Below, piece by piece: positions 9,106 through 18,690 of a DNA stretch of 64,000 nt. The position numbers and the translations under genes are program-made. A model generated the notes under the pieces. The model was not told the DNA's origin. It made no database searches and saw only the letters and a list, made by a program, of their open reading frames with translations. Origin of the DNA: Myxococcota bacterium (GTDB taxonomy: Bacteria; Myxococcota_A; UBA9160; UBA4427); the NCBI GenBank assembly GCA_029941885.1, contig JAPYTP010000001.1, positions 13,989 through 77,988 on the forward strand, given 5' to 3'. The first letter of the stretch is position 1, and each line of letters opens with the position of its first letter.

Positions 9106-10011
9106 TTGACACATTCTATGAACGCTGCGATCGACCTCGATGCCCGCGTCCTCGCCGAGCCTGTGCCCGCCTGCGATCCGGATCTCGCTACCTCCAACGA
9201 AACGACGAAAGTCGCGTCGATGAAGGGAACGATCCTTCGCTACCGAGCGGACCGCCGCTCCGTTTCGTACGCGTTGGCGATGTTCGGTCTGCATGCGGTC
9301 GCCTTCTTCTACGCTCCGACCTGGTTGGCCGCACTCTGCACGATTCCGCTCGCGATCGTCAGTATGTTCGTCGCGCCGATCAATCATCATCATCAGCATT
9401 TCAATACGTTTCACTCGGCGGCCCTGAATCGCATCTACGAGTTGGTGCTTTCTCTGCAGACCGGAATCAGCCCCTACGGCTGGGTCCTGCATCATAACCT
9501 CGGACATCATCGCAACTATCTCAATCAGCGACCCCATCCCCAGCCCGATGAATCGAAGTGGACACGCAAAGATGGTTCACAGATGGGCAGGGTCGAGTAC
9601 ACGATCGATCTCGTTCTGAACCACCAGATCGACATCATGCGCGTCGGTCGGAAACATCCGAGATTCCTCAGTGCCTTCCTGCTGATGAAGATCCCTGTCT
9701 GGACGATTCTCGGAATCGCGCTCTACATCAATCCGCTGAACGCCTTCCTGGTCCTGCTGATTCCCTCGTTCATCGCGCTCTGCCACACATCCTGGGCGAC
9801 CTATGAGCATCACGCGGGCAACTATCCATCGTGTCACGAAGACGCGAGCATGAATCGTACGAGTCCCCTCTTCAACTTCATGACCTACAACCTCGGCTAC
9901 CATACGGCACACCACAAGCGCCCCGGAGTCCACTGGTCATTGCTTCCGAAGATCCACGAAGAGATCAAGGACCAGATTCCGCCGGAGATGATTCAGACCA
10001 GCTTCTGGTAG
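9106..10011 (+). CDS. Membrane fatty-acid desaturase family protein
   Basis: Three histidine boxes: NHHHQHF, HHNLGHH, HTAHHKRP. Several TM helices. The track start is TTG 9106; ATG 9118 or ATG 9220 (MKGTILRY) are alternatives. G+C is visibly lower than in neighbouring genes. Confidence 0.8.
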   Translation: MTHSMNAAIDLDARVLAEPVPACDPDLATSNETTKVASMKGTILRYRADRRSVSYALAMFGLHAVAFFYAPTWLAALCTIPLAIVSMFVAPINHHHQHFNTFHSAALNRIYELVLSLQTGISPYGWVLHHNLGHHRNYLNQRPHPQPDESKWTRKDGSQMGRVEYTIDLVLNHQIDIMRVGRKHPRFLSAFLLMKIPVWTILGIALYINPLNAFLVLLIPSFIALCHTSWATYEHHAGNYPSCHEDASMNRTSPLFNFMTYNLGYHTAHHKRPGVHWSLLPKIHEEIKDQIPPEMIQTSFW

Positions 10012-10075
10012 GTGACGGCATACAAGCCAGCTACGAAGAGCCGGACTGATCTCTCACGTGTGCTGCGAGGGCTCT

Positions 10076-10444
10076 TTACGGTGAATTGGACGCGTCGTGC
10101 CGTCGCCGCGGATCATTGATCCGATGCGCGAGATCGATTCGGACGTCGTTGCCCTCGACCTCGACCGCGAAGCAAGGAACCGGAAATCCATCGGCGTTGT
10201 CGGGATCGAACCCGGTTCGGACGTCGAAGGGCCAACCGTGGGCGTCACACGAGACGACACAGCCGTCGAGTTGGCCCTCGGAGAGCGGATAGCCGGCGTG
10301 GGGGCAGGCATCTTCCATCGCGTAGACGGCGTCGTTCACGCGATAGAGTCCGACGCCGACTCCATCGACTACGACCCGTAGGCCGCGATCTGCAGGGAGT
10401 TCATCGAGTCGGGCGACGGAGACGAAGGACAAGACGCTGCTCAC
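10076..10444 (-). CDS. Rieske [2Fe-2S] ferredoxin-type protein
   Basis: CPHAGYPL ... SCDAHGW (CxH...CxxH) in a ~120-aa protein. GTG start. Confidence 0.8.
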   Translation of the reverse strand: MSSVLSFVSVARLDELPADRGLRVVVDGVGVGLYRVNDAVYAMEDACPHAGYPLSEGQLDGCVVSCDAHGWPFDVRTGFDPDNADGFPVPCFAVEVEGNDVRIDLAHRINDPRRRHDASNSP

Positions 10445-10554
10445 TGGATGCTCGTCGAGAGCAGGGGGGCGAGCATCGCATCATGCCGCAGCTCGAACCG
10501 GGAGACCACGCCGAGGCAGCGACCCCACCGGGATGGGATCGCTTGCGGTCCCAA

Positions 10555-10860
10555 TCAGTGCTGGGCGAGCGTCTCGGTACTGATTTCTTTCGGAGTACCG
10601 GTAGCGGTCACGACGCAGGTCTCGACGGCACTCGGAGCACGCGCGCATTTCATGGTCGTTGGACCCCCCAGGCTTCGAAGAAGAGGGTCGCTTCTCTCGG
10701 CCATCGATTCTTCGAAAGCGGCGTCGAGCGCAAGCGCGGTGATGGACGCGAACGCGTCGATTTCGAGAGGGGAATTGATGTCTGGGGTCTCGGCCGTAGC
10801 CAGACTCGTCCACGTGAGCGCGATCAGCGCCACGAGGGCTAAACGTGATATCGGTCTCAT
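10555..10860 (-). CDS. Small secreted hypothetical protein (101 aa)
   Basis: N-terminal signal peptide MRPISRLALVALIALTWTSLATA-E. AAGGAG-like SD upstream. No family recognised. Confidence 0.45.
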   Translation of the reverse strand: MRPISRLALVALIALTWTSLATAETPDINSPLEIDAFASITALALDAAFEESMAERSDPLLRSLGGPTTMKCARAPSAVETCVVTATGTPKEISTETLAQH

Positions 10861-11095
10861 TTGTAGGGGGGCTCCTTTGGGAGGCCTTATCGGAGGCTCG
10901 ATGAATCGCTTGAGACGTTCTTCCGGCTCCCCGGAACCATTCGATCCGAATGCGCACCTGGGCCGCAGCTTTCCCGTGAGACTGTGACTAATCGCGTCAC
11001 TGACTCACCGCGAGGTCCCGAACGAGTCGCGGATTCCGGAAAAAACGACCAGGTGAATTCCGGAAACATCGGACTAGACTTGTCTCCAGGCCGCG

Positions 11096-11133
11096 CCGTC
11101 GATGCGCTGACCGTCGATGCGCTGACCGTCGAT
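11096..11133. repeat. 15-bp tandem direct repeat (CCGTCGATGCGCTGA x2 plus a partial third copy)
   Basis: Read directly. Ends 3 nt before the AAGGAG SD (11137-11142) of the esterase gene. Confidence 0.85.
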
Positions 11134-11149
11134 TCCAAGGAGACTGAGA

Positions 11150-12109
11150 TTGCGACTTTGGGACAAAGAACTGGAGGGCTATCGGGAAGAAGCCCGGGCG
11201 ATGCTGGAGCATATGCCCGCGCTCGAGAAATTCTCCAGTGACATGGATCCGGTCGAGCGTGCGCAAGCGGCGCGCAGATCCTTCGATCAGACGATGCCGA
11301 TCACAACCTCCGAGTCCGCCGAACTCTCCATGATTCCCGGACCTGCAGGCGACCTGCCGGTGCGGATCTTTCGGCCGGCAGGGGAGGCGCGGGGGCTCTT
11401 CCTGCACATCCACGGTGGGGGTTGGATCCTCGGTAGCCCGGAGATGAACGATCTCACGAATCAGCATCTGGCGGAGGACTTCGGTCTGGCGGTGCTCAGC
11501 GTCGACTATCGGCTCGCCCCCGAATCTCCCTATCCCGCCGGGCCCGACGACTGCGAGGCAGCGGCGAGCTGGTTGCTCGCGAAGGGCCCCGCGGAGTTCG
11601 GCGCGGATCGGATGTTCATCGGCGGTGAATCAGCCGGCGGTCATCTCGCCCTGGTGACGGCACTTCGCGTGCGGGATCGTCTGCATGCCGCGGAACGCCT
11701 GCTTGGTCTGAACCTCGTCTTCGGCTGGTACGATGTGAATGGGACACCGAGCCAGCGGAATAATGGGGGCCACACGGACGTGCTCGACCCGGACAATCTC
11801 CGCTTCATGACCGAATGTTTCACGCCAGGTCTGTGCGAGGAAGAACGACGCAACCCCGATATCTCTCCGCTCTTCGCGGACCTCAAAGGTCTTCCACCCA
11901 GCCTCATCAGTGTTGGAGGCTACGACCACCTCCGGGACGACTCGCTCTTCCTGGCGCCGCTTCTCGCGGCGGCGAATGTCGACGTCGAGCTTCAGGTCTA
12001 TCCCGACTCTCCTCACGGATTCCAGGGGCTACCGACCAAGATGGCGGCCGCGGCTGCAAAGCGCACCGACGTCTGGCTCGAACGAGCAATGAAACAGGCC
12101 GGGATCTGA
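11150..12109 (+). CDS. Alpha/beta hydrolase fold-3 esterase/lipase (HSL family)
   Basis: HIHGGGW oxyanion motif, GGESAGG nucleophile elbow, C-terminal DSPHGF. TTG start 7 nt after AAGGAG. Confidence 0.85.
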   Translation: MRLWDKELEGYREEARAMLEHMPALEKFSSDMDPVERAQAARRSFDQTMPITTSESAELSMIPGPAGDLPVRIFRPAGEARGLFLHIHGGGWILGSPEMNDLTNQHLAEDFGLAVLSVDYRLAPESPYPAGPDDCEAAASWLLAKGPAEFGADRMFIGGESAGGHLALVTALRVRDRLHAAERLLGLNLVFGWYDVNGTPSQRNNGGHTDVLDPDNLRFMTECFTPGLCEEERRNPDISPLFADLKGLPPSLISVGGYDHLRDDSLFLAPLLAAANVDVELQVYPDSPHGFQGLPTKMAAAAAKRTDVWLERAMKQAGI

Positions 12110-12163
12110 TCGGCCCGAAGTACGAGAATCGACCCCGACCGCTAGCGCCAGAGGAGGAATGCC

Positions 12164-12505
12164 ATGGCAACCCATCGACTGATCGTTTTTACCGAACCGA
12201 AGCCGGGCCAGGAGGCCGCGTACAACAAGTGGTACGACGAGATCCACCTGAAGGAAGTCCTCGAGACCGAGGGATTCGTCGCGGCTCAACGGTTCGAGAT
12301 CGCACCCTCGCAGATCGGTGAGACGGGCGCGAACACACCAAAACGATATCTGGCGATCTACGAGATCGAGGCCGACAACATCGACGTCGCACTCGAGAAG
12401 CTGAATGCGGGCTCGGGGACGATGAACATGTCGGATGCACTCGACCTCGACAGCGCATCCGCGATCGCGTACTCCGCGATCGGGGATCGACAGCGGAGCG
12501 TTTGA
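12164..12505 (+). CDS. Small dimeric alpha+beta-barrel (EthD-like) superfamily protein
   Basis: 113 aa. MATHRLIVFTEPKPGQEAAYNKWYDEIHL...YLAIYEIE pattern typical of EthD/DUF-type barrels. GAGGAGGA SD. Confidence 0.5.
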   Translation: MATHRLIVFTEPKPGQEAAYNKWYDEIHLKEVLETEGFVAAQRFEIAPSQIGETGANTPKRYLAIYEIEADNIDVALEKLNAGSGTMNMSDALDLDSASAIAYSAIGDRQRSV

Positions 12506-12600
12506 TCTTTCAGAGAGGGAGCGCGGATCGCTCGGCCTCTTGAATTCCTACCCATCCAATAAAACGGTCACTCTGTTGAGTAGCGGCCAGGGAGAATTTC

Positions 12601-13479
12601 ATGGAAGACTATGCGGGCAAGGTTGCCGTCGTCACCGGCGGCGCCGGCGATATCGGAAAAGCCATCGCTAAACAGCTCCTCGCGGAGGGCGCGAAGGTCG
12701 TCGTCTCCGATGTCGAAAAGGGAGCGCTGGACGCTGCGGTTGCGGAACTCTCCGAGAGCGGAGGCGATCTCACGGGAATCGTGACCGACGTCTCCGACCC
12801 GGGATCAGTCGAGGCGCTGGCCGAGCAGGTCTACGGCCAACACGGAGCGTGTCATCTTCTCTTCAACAACGCGGGCGTCGGTGCGCCCTCGGTGAACGTC
12901 TGGGAGACCACGGTCAACGATTGGAAGTGGGTCCTCGGCGTGAACGTCATGGGTGTGATTCACGGGATCCAGAGTTTCGTTCCGCGTATGATCGCGGGCG
13001 GGGACGAGGGCCACGTGATCAACACCTCCTCCGGCGACGGCGGCATCGCGCCGATGGCGGGGCAGTCTGTTTATGCCTCGAGCAAGGCGAGTGTCTCGAT
13101 CATCACCGAGTGCCTTGCCGCCCAATTCAGCCAACAGCACCCGAACCTCAAAGCGACGATCTTCTACCCCTCTGGTGGTCTGCTCAAGACAGGCATCTGG
13201 AATTGCGCCCGGAACCGGCCCGAAGAGTTCGCGCGCGAGAAGCCCTCGGGACAGCCGGACGACCTGATGGGCGCGTTCGTCAAACACGCCAAGGAAACGG
13301 GAATGGAACTCGAGTTCCAGGACCTCGACGATCTGGCCCAGGCTCTGATCGCCGATCTCAAGGCCGACAAATTCGTGGCGATGCTCGGTGTCGAAGGCGC
13401 GGGCGTGACGCTCCACGCTCGTGCGGAGAAGATCGGACGGGGTGAGGCACCCTTCGACGAACATTCACTGATTGCCTGA
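12601..13479 (+). CDS. SDR family oxidoreductase
   Basis: GKVAVVTGGAGDIGKA, NNAG, YASSKAS. Confidence 0.9.
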   Translation: MEDYAGKVAVVTGGAGDIGKAIAKQLLAEGAKVVVSDVEKGALDAAVAELSESGGDLTGIVTDVSDPGSVEALAEQVYGQHGACHLLFNNAGVGAPSVNVWETTVNDWKWVLGVNVMGVIHGIQSFVPRMIAGGDEGHVINTSSGDGGIAPMAGQSVYASSKASVSIITECLAAQFSQQHPNLKATIFYPSGGLLKTGIWNCARNRPEEFAREKPSGQPDDLMGAFVKHAKETGMELEFQDLDDLAQALIADLKADKFVAMLGVEGAGVTLHARAEKIGRGEAPFDEHSLIA

Positions 13480-13485
13480 GGCGGG

Positions 13486-14904
13486 ATGAGCCGAGACTCG
13501 CCCGACGGTAGCGCCCGGGAATCCCAGGATTCTCCGTCTACGACCCCTTCGCCCGAGAACGCCGAGCGAGGATCGGAGGGCTACGCGTGGTACGTCGTCA
13601 GTGTGCTGATGCTCGTCTACCTGTTCTCGTTTCTCGATCGACAGATCTTGAGCCTGATGGTCGACGACTTGAAGGTCGGTCTGTCGATCGAGTTCGATTG
13701 GCAGGTCGCGTTCTTGATGGGACCCGCGTTCGCGATCTTCTACACGATCTTCGGGATTCCCTTCGGCCGCGCCGCGGACACGCGAAGTCGAAAACACACG
13801 ATCTCTCTGGGCCTCGTGCTCTGGAGCATCGTGACAATCGGGTGTGCTTTCGCGCGAAATTTCTGGCACATGGCTCTTTTGCGCGTCGGGGTCGGCGTGG
13901 GAGAAGCTTCACTCTCTCCCTCTGCCTATTCGATCATCGCGGACTATTTCGACGGATCGAAGCTTGCGAGGGCGATCGCGATCTACTCGAGCGGGATCTA
14001 TCTCGGTTCGGGACTCGCCTACCTGATCGGCGGCCAGGCCGTCTCGATGTTTCGCGGAACGACGCCCTGGGAGATCCCGGTCCTGGGAATGATTCCCGGT
14101 TGGCAGAAGGTCTTCATCATCGTCGGCTTGCCGGGTCTCTTCATCGTCCCCCTCCTACTCCTGACGGTGCGCGAGCCCCTGCGGAGGGGAGTGGTCGCAT
14201 CGCGCGCCGGGGATGGGACGACAGATCTTCCCCTATCCGAGGTCTATGCGTACGCTCGGGAGAACTGGAAAACGCTCGCGACGCATAATATCGGATTCGC
14301 GCTGTTGTCATTCTCGAGTTATGGCACAGGCTCCTGGCTGCCCTCGATGTTCAAGCGAGTCCACGGTTGGGATGTCGCGCAGTTCGGCCTCGTCTATGGG
14401 CTGATCGTGTTCATCGGCTCCGCGAGCGGCGCGATTCTCGGCGGTGTACTCGCCGACTGGCTCAGGAAACGAGGCTATCGCGATGCGAAGATCCGCGTCG
14501 GCTTCTTCGCGGCTTGGATGTGGCTCCCCTTCGGAATCGCCTTTCCCATCATCGACGACGGCAATCTCGCGATGGCCGTTGCCGCGCCCGCGGCGTTTCT
14601 GGCATCGATGCCCTTCGGAGTCGCTCCTGCGGCGCTCCAGGAGATGATGCCCAACAACCTGCGAGGGCAGATGTCGGCGATCTATCTCTTCGCGACGAAC
14701 CTCTTGGGACTGGCGATCGGGCCACTGATCGTGGGTGCGATGACCGACTTTGTCTTTTCCGAGGCGTCCTATGGGATTGGTGGAATTCGCTGGTCGCTGC
14801 TGACAACGACACTCGCCGCGCACCTGATCGCGACCCTTCTTCTCTACAAGGGGATGGGGGAATACCGGAAGTCGCTGGATCGATTCGAGGCACAGGGCGG
14901 CTAG
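13486..14904 (+). CDS. MFS transporter
   Basis: About 12 hydrophobic helices, FLDRQILSL, and the GRAADTRSRK loop motif between TM2 and TM3. Confidence 0.85.
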   Translation: MSRDSPDGSARESQDSPSTTPSPENAERGSEGYAWYVVSVLMLVYLFSFLDRQILSLMVDDLKVGLSIEFDWQVAFLMGPAFAIFYTIFGIPFGRAADTRSRKHTISLGLVLWSIVTIGCAFARNFWHMALLRVGVGVGEASLSPSAYSIIADYFDGSKLARAIAIYSSGIYLGSGLAYLIGGQAVSMFRGTTPWEIPVLGMIPGWQKVFIIVGLPGLFIVPLLLLTVREPLRRGVVASRAGDGTTDLPLSEVYAYARENWKTLATHNIGFALLSFSSYGTGSWLPSMFKRVHGWDVAQFGLVYGLIVFIGSASGAILGGVLADWLRKRGYRDAKIRVGFFAAWMWLPFGIAFPIIDDGNLAMAVAAPAAFLASMPFGVAPAALQEMMPNNLRGQMSAIYLFATNLLGLAIGPLIVGAMTDFVFSEASYGIGGIRWSLLTTTLAAHLIATLLLYKGMGEYRKSLDRFEAQGG

Positions 14905-14931
14905 ACGAGATGCCCTCGAATCGTCCTTCGG

Positions 14932-16086
14932 TCAGGCGAATTCCTTCCGTTCCATCCAGTCCTTGATCAGCGCAACGGCGTCCAGCGCCTTTTCGGGCGC
15001 CTGCAGATAGTAGTGATCCGCGCCGTCGATCTGGTGGATCTCCTTGTCCTCGTGTCCGATCGCTTCGTGGAGACGACGTGCGTGGCTCGGCGTGCAGGCG
15101 AGGTCAGCGGTGTTGTTGAGCACGATCACGGGACAACTGATGCGGCTTGCGTTGCCGAGACCATCCGCTCGCGAATCGTCGTAGCTCCACTGGGAGAGCC
15201 ACGAGCGGAGTGTCGTAAAACGGGCGAGCCCGACCGGTCCATCGTTCACGAGCTTAGGATCGCCCAGATAACAGAGCCCCGGTATTCGATCCGAGGGGTC
15301 CTGTGTCGGATCGAGGAAGCGGGGATCCGCCATCGTGCCGTGGACGCAGAACGCGCGTTCCGGTGCCCTCTCCGGGTCGGCTCGAAGCTCGGCCAACGTC
15401 TTTTTCACGAAGGCCGTGATGCGCCGATTTCGCACGATCTGCTCGTCGCGATAGCGTTCGAGGAAGGCCTCGCCGTAGGGCGGCTGGTTCGGATTCTTCG
15501 GGTCGTAGAGATTGAGTTCGGGATCGCGATCCCACGGCGCGGATTCGTCTCGGATCGAGGGATCGATCCACTCGGTCAGAGTCATCGAACGCGAAATGTG
15601 GGCAGCGAGCAGGAGCACCCCGTCCGCCGCGGGGAGCTCGGCGGCGACCAGATCGGCGGGATCGCCGGCGGGGGTCTCGCGAATCGTGGGGGTCTCGGCC
15701 TGGTCCTGATAGAAGAGTGAGAGAGAGCCGCCCCCCGACCATCCTCCCAGTAGGACCTTTTCGTAGCCGAAGCGTCTCGGGAGGTCCTTGATGCAGGCTC
15801 CGAGGTCGAGGACGCATTTCTCCAGGATCAATGCTGTGTCGTTTCCTCGATAGCGCGGATTGCAATAGATGACGTGGACGCCGGCTGCGGCGAGGGCGTT
15901 GACGAGAGGGAGGAAGGAGCCTCCGCCGATCGGATGCGAGAAGACGATGACCGTTCTGGAATCACCCTCGGCGGGTCTCACTCGCATGCATTCGACGAAG
16001 ATCATGCCGGCGTCCCCGCCGTACACATCCTTCATCGGACTCGGGTCGGCATGCACGATTCCATAGGGCTCGCGGACGATCTTCAT
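14932..16086 (-). CDS. Alpha/beta hydrolase
   Basis: VIVFSHPIGG, LLGGWSGGGSL nucleophile elbow, late DGADHYY. Trimmed from the 558-aa track ORF to MKIVREPYG. ATGA overlap with the upstream VOC gene stop (16083-16086). Confidence 0.75.
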   Translation of the reverse strand: MKIVREPYGIVHADPSPMKDVYGGDAGMIFVECMRVRPAEGDSRTVIVFSHPIGGGSFLPLVNALAAAGVHVIYCNPRYRGNDTALILEKCVLDLGACIKDLPRRFGYEKVLLGGWSGGGSLSLFYQDQAETPTIRETPAGDPADLVAAELPAADGVLLLAAHISRSMTLTEWIDPSIRDESAPWDRDPELNLYDPKNPNQPPYGEAFLERYRDEQIVRNRRITAFVKKTLAELRADPERAPERAFCVHGTMADPRFLDPTQDPSDRIPGLCYLGDPKLVNDGPVGLARFTTLRSWLSQWSYDDSRADGLGNASRISCPVIVLNNTADLACTPSHARRLHEAIGHEDKEIHQIDGADHYYLQAPEKALDAVALIKDWMERKEFA

Positions 16087-16793
16087 GCCGGTGGGACGGG
16101 CGGCTCGGAGAAACTGACTGCCGCAGCGACCTGCTCGTCGGTCATTTCGAGAAGCTTCTCGTAGACCGCCGGCGGGTATCGCATATGCGGCATGGTCGGA
16201 TCGTATTTCGGTTGCGGCACGGGCTCGTCCGGACGGTCGAAGCGATCGGGTGCCGCGAAACGTCGAAGCGTTTCGGCATCGATCCCGATGGACGCGGCGG
16301 CGACCGGATCGATCCATTGTGCGGCATCGATCGCATGGGCAGAGGTCGCGATCTCGAGGGTCAGCCCTTCCGGGCCCGCGAAATAGATCGATTGACACAT
16401 GCCGTGATCGACCGGACCGAGCACGTTCACGCCACGACTGCGAATTCGATCGCGTAGAGCCCGGAGCTCTTCCGGGTCGTCGACCTTGAGAGCGAGGTGT
16501 TGAAGCGTCCCGGGTGCGGAGGGGAGCGCGCCGTTTCCCGCGTGGGTCTTGCCGTATTCGATCTCGATGTCGGCCATCGCCGGGAGCTCCACGAAGGAGA
16601 TCAGGCAATCGGCGCTTGCTTCCAGAAAGGCGTGTATCCCGCCCGGTACTCCATGCATCGGGAAGATCGCGACGAGCGGAATCCCGAGTACATCCGAGAA
16701 GAACTCGATCTGAGCCTTCATGTCCGCAGTGGAAAAGGCGAGGTGGTGGACTCCGGTCGCCTTCGTCTCGTCGTCCGGCCGGGTTGCGTTCAT
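16083..16793 (-). CDS. VOC (glyoxalase/bleomycin-resistance/extradiol dioxygenase) family protein
   Basis: GVHHLAFST...LQHLALKV...YFAGPEGLTLE, i.e. paired beta-alpha-beta-beta-beta modules. Start taken at MNATRPDD. Confidence 0.75.
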   Translation of the reverse strand: MNATRPDDETKATGVHHLAFSTADMKAQIEFFSDVLGIPLVAIFPMHGVPGGIHAFLEASADCLISFVELPAMADIEIEYGKTHAGNGALPSAPGTLQHLALKVDDPEELRALRDRIRSRGVNVLGPVDHGMCQSIYFAGPEGLTLEIATSAHAIDAAQWIDPVAAASIGIDAETLRRFAAPDRFDRPDEPVPQPKYDPTMPHMRYPPAVYEKLLEMTDEQVAAAVSFSEPPVPPA

Positions 16794-16836
16794 GGTTCGC
16801 TCCTTGTTCGGGATGAAAAGGCTCGATCGGTCGCGG

Positions 16837-17964
16837 CTACCACAGACTGATGATATGCCCGTCGCGGGGATCGAGCGCACCGCAGAGGACCTCCTGGTAG
16901 ACCGCTTCGAGGGCATCGGAGCCGGAGTGGCGCCGGATCTTCATCCACTGATCACTGAAGGCGGCGAATTTCCTCCAGGACGCGCCGATTCGATCCTGCA
17001 GGCCGCCGGCGCCCCAGTCCTCTGTGCGCTTGACGATTCGGCTGGGGGCGAAGAAGAACTCGGGTCGTGGACCGGGCAGCTCACGGGGCCGCGGGGGGGC
17101 TTCCCAATGCGTCGCGCCGACCGTGCAGGAGTACTTGAGGTCGTCTTGCAGTCTGGCGTGTACACCCTCGACGACCTCGCCGTTGCCCGCCATGTCGACC
17201 ATGACTGCGCCGCCCTGCTTCGCGAGACCGGGAATCGCGTCGAGTTCGTCGTAGAGCACGACCTCGTCATAGCAGCCGAGGGCGCGGACAAAATCCCGAT
17301 TTCGAGCCGAAGTGAGACCGACTACGGGTCCTCGGGCTCGGGTCTTCAAGAGATGGGCCAAGGCGATCGATGTCTTGCTCGAGGCGCTGGTCACGATCGA
17401 TGAGGAGGCTCCGAAAAAATCCTCCTCACCGAGAAGATCGTCGACCAGGAACGAGGTCATGAAGAGGCCGCGGAGGAGAAGGATATGGTCTTCGAGGTTC
17501 TCGTCGTAGAGCGAGTCTTTTCCGATCGTTGAGTACCCGCGATAGACGGGGGCGTGGTCCGCGCGATGAGCGGCGCCATCGACCATGCCCGTCTTGTTCG
17601 GCTGAGCGTCGATCACGAGATGACGACTCATTGGAAAGAACCCGAAACAGCGCGCACCGGTTTCGACGTCAGGATGGCGAGATTCGATGACATCGCCAAA
17701 GCCCATCGCGGGGATACGTCCCCAGCGGTCCTCACCCGGGAAGAATCCCCAGTAGTTCAACATATCACCCGCAGCAGCGTAGGAAATGTTATTCGAAGTG
17801 AGCGCGAAGCGATCCACTTTGAAGAGCACCTGCCCGTCGGTGAGGGCGTCGATCGGTCCGCCCGGAACGAAGCGGCAATCCCGAAAATCGTCGCGATTGA
17901 CCTGGAAATCGATTGGGTCCGGGCCCGCGTTCGTCGATCCCGCATTGTCCGAGGATTGGGTCAT
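16837..17964 (-). CDS. DUF2855-like protein (MDR/alcohol-dehydrogenase-like fold, function unknown)
   Basis: 375 aa. Overall pattern recalled from DUF2855 (FKVDRFALTSNNISYA..., ...TSASSKTS...). From memory only. Confidence 0.55.
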   Translation of the reverse strand: MTQSSDNAGSTNAGPDPIDFQVNRDDFRDCRFVPGGPIDALTDGQVLFKVDRFALTSNNISYAAAGDMLNYWGFFPGEDRWGRIPAMGFGDVIESRHPDVETGARCFGFFPMSRHLVIDAQPNKTGMVDGAAHRADHAPVYRGYSTIGKDSLYDENLEDHILLLRGLFMTSFLVDDLLGEEDFFGASSSIVTSASSKTSIALAHLLKTRARGPVVGLTSARNRDFVRALGCYDEVVLYDELDAIPGLAKQGGAVMVDMAGNGEVVEGVHARLQDDLKYSCTVGATHWEAPPRPRELPGPRPEFFFAPSRIVKRTEDWGAGGLQDRIGASWRKFAAFSDQWMKIRRHSGSDALEAVYQEVLCGALDPRDGHIISLW

Positions 17965-18062
17965 CGATTCTCTCCGTCTGCGTGCGCCAAGCGGGCGTGT
18001 GTGTAGAGACTCGTGTGCCTCGGCCGCGCAAGTCGGCCCAGAAGCGTCGCCGGGCTATCGGA

Positions 18063-18680
18063 TCAGCCCCAGAGAGGCGCGAGTTCTTCCGCCGTCGTCT
18101 GCGTCGTAATGCGCGCCAGGCTGTTTTCGAGCACCGTCTGCGCGTATTCGGGTGGGTAGCCCGCCACGCAGTCCGTAACGAGAACGACATGGTAGCCATG
18201 GTTGATCGCCTCGATGACCATGCCTTGGATACCCACGTTCAGGGACACGCCGGTGGCCACGACGGTCTCGACTCCGAGGGAGCGGAGGGTCGGGTCGAGA
18301 TCGGTTCCGATGAAGGGCGACATGCCGTGGAGGCGGACCGAGTCGAGGTCGGAACTCGCGGGGCCGAGCTCTGGAATGACCTCGGTCGTTGCCTCTCCGA
18401 GCAGCATGTGATCGGGGTTCTTGAGCAGGTGGTTGACCATCGGCACGTTCGAATAGGAGCCTCGTCGATCCGGCCGGAAGGCGGCGCGACAATGGACCAC
18501 GGGAATGTCCGCACCCCGTGCTGCGTCGAGCAGGAGCCCCAGGCGTTTCGGAACACCCTGGGCATCGACGACGTCGGCCAGCGCGCGAAGCGCACTGAGA
18601 TCCCCGATCACGCCCCGCTGCATCTCCATTGTCAGGATTGCGGTCCGGCCGGGCCGGACGAGTTCTTCGAGCTTGCTCAT
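18063..18680 (-). CDS. Isochorismatase-family cysteine hydrolase
   Basis: TAILTMEMQ..., VVATGVSLNVGIQGMVIEAINHGY, VTDCVAG (catalytic Cys context). Confidence 0.8.
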   Translation of the reverse strand: MSKLEELVRPGRTAILTMEMQRGVIGDLSALRALADVVDAQGVPKRLGLLLDAARGADIPVVHCRAAFRPDRRGSYSNVPMVNHLLKNPDHMLLGEATTEVIPELGPASSDLDSVRLHGMSPFIGTDLDPTLRSLGVETVVATGVSLNVGIQGMVIEAINHGYHVVLVTDCVAGYPPEYAQTVLENSLARITTQTTAEELAPLWG

Positions 18681-18690
18681 GGGTCGTTCC

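Noticed and set aside
16087-16608. N-terminal 174-aa extension of the alpha/beta hydrolase ORF (track 14932-16608)
   Set aside because: The extension is Arg-rich and overlaps the VOC gene in another frame. The hydrolase homology begins at MKIVREPYG, with an ATGA overlap to the VOC stop.
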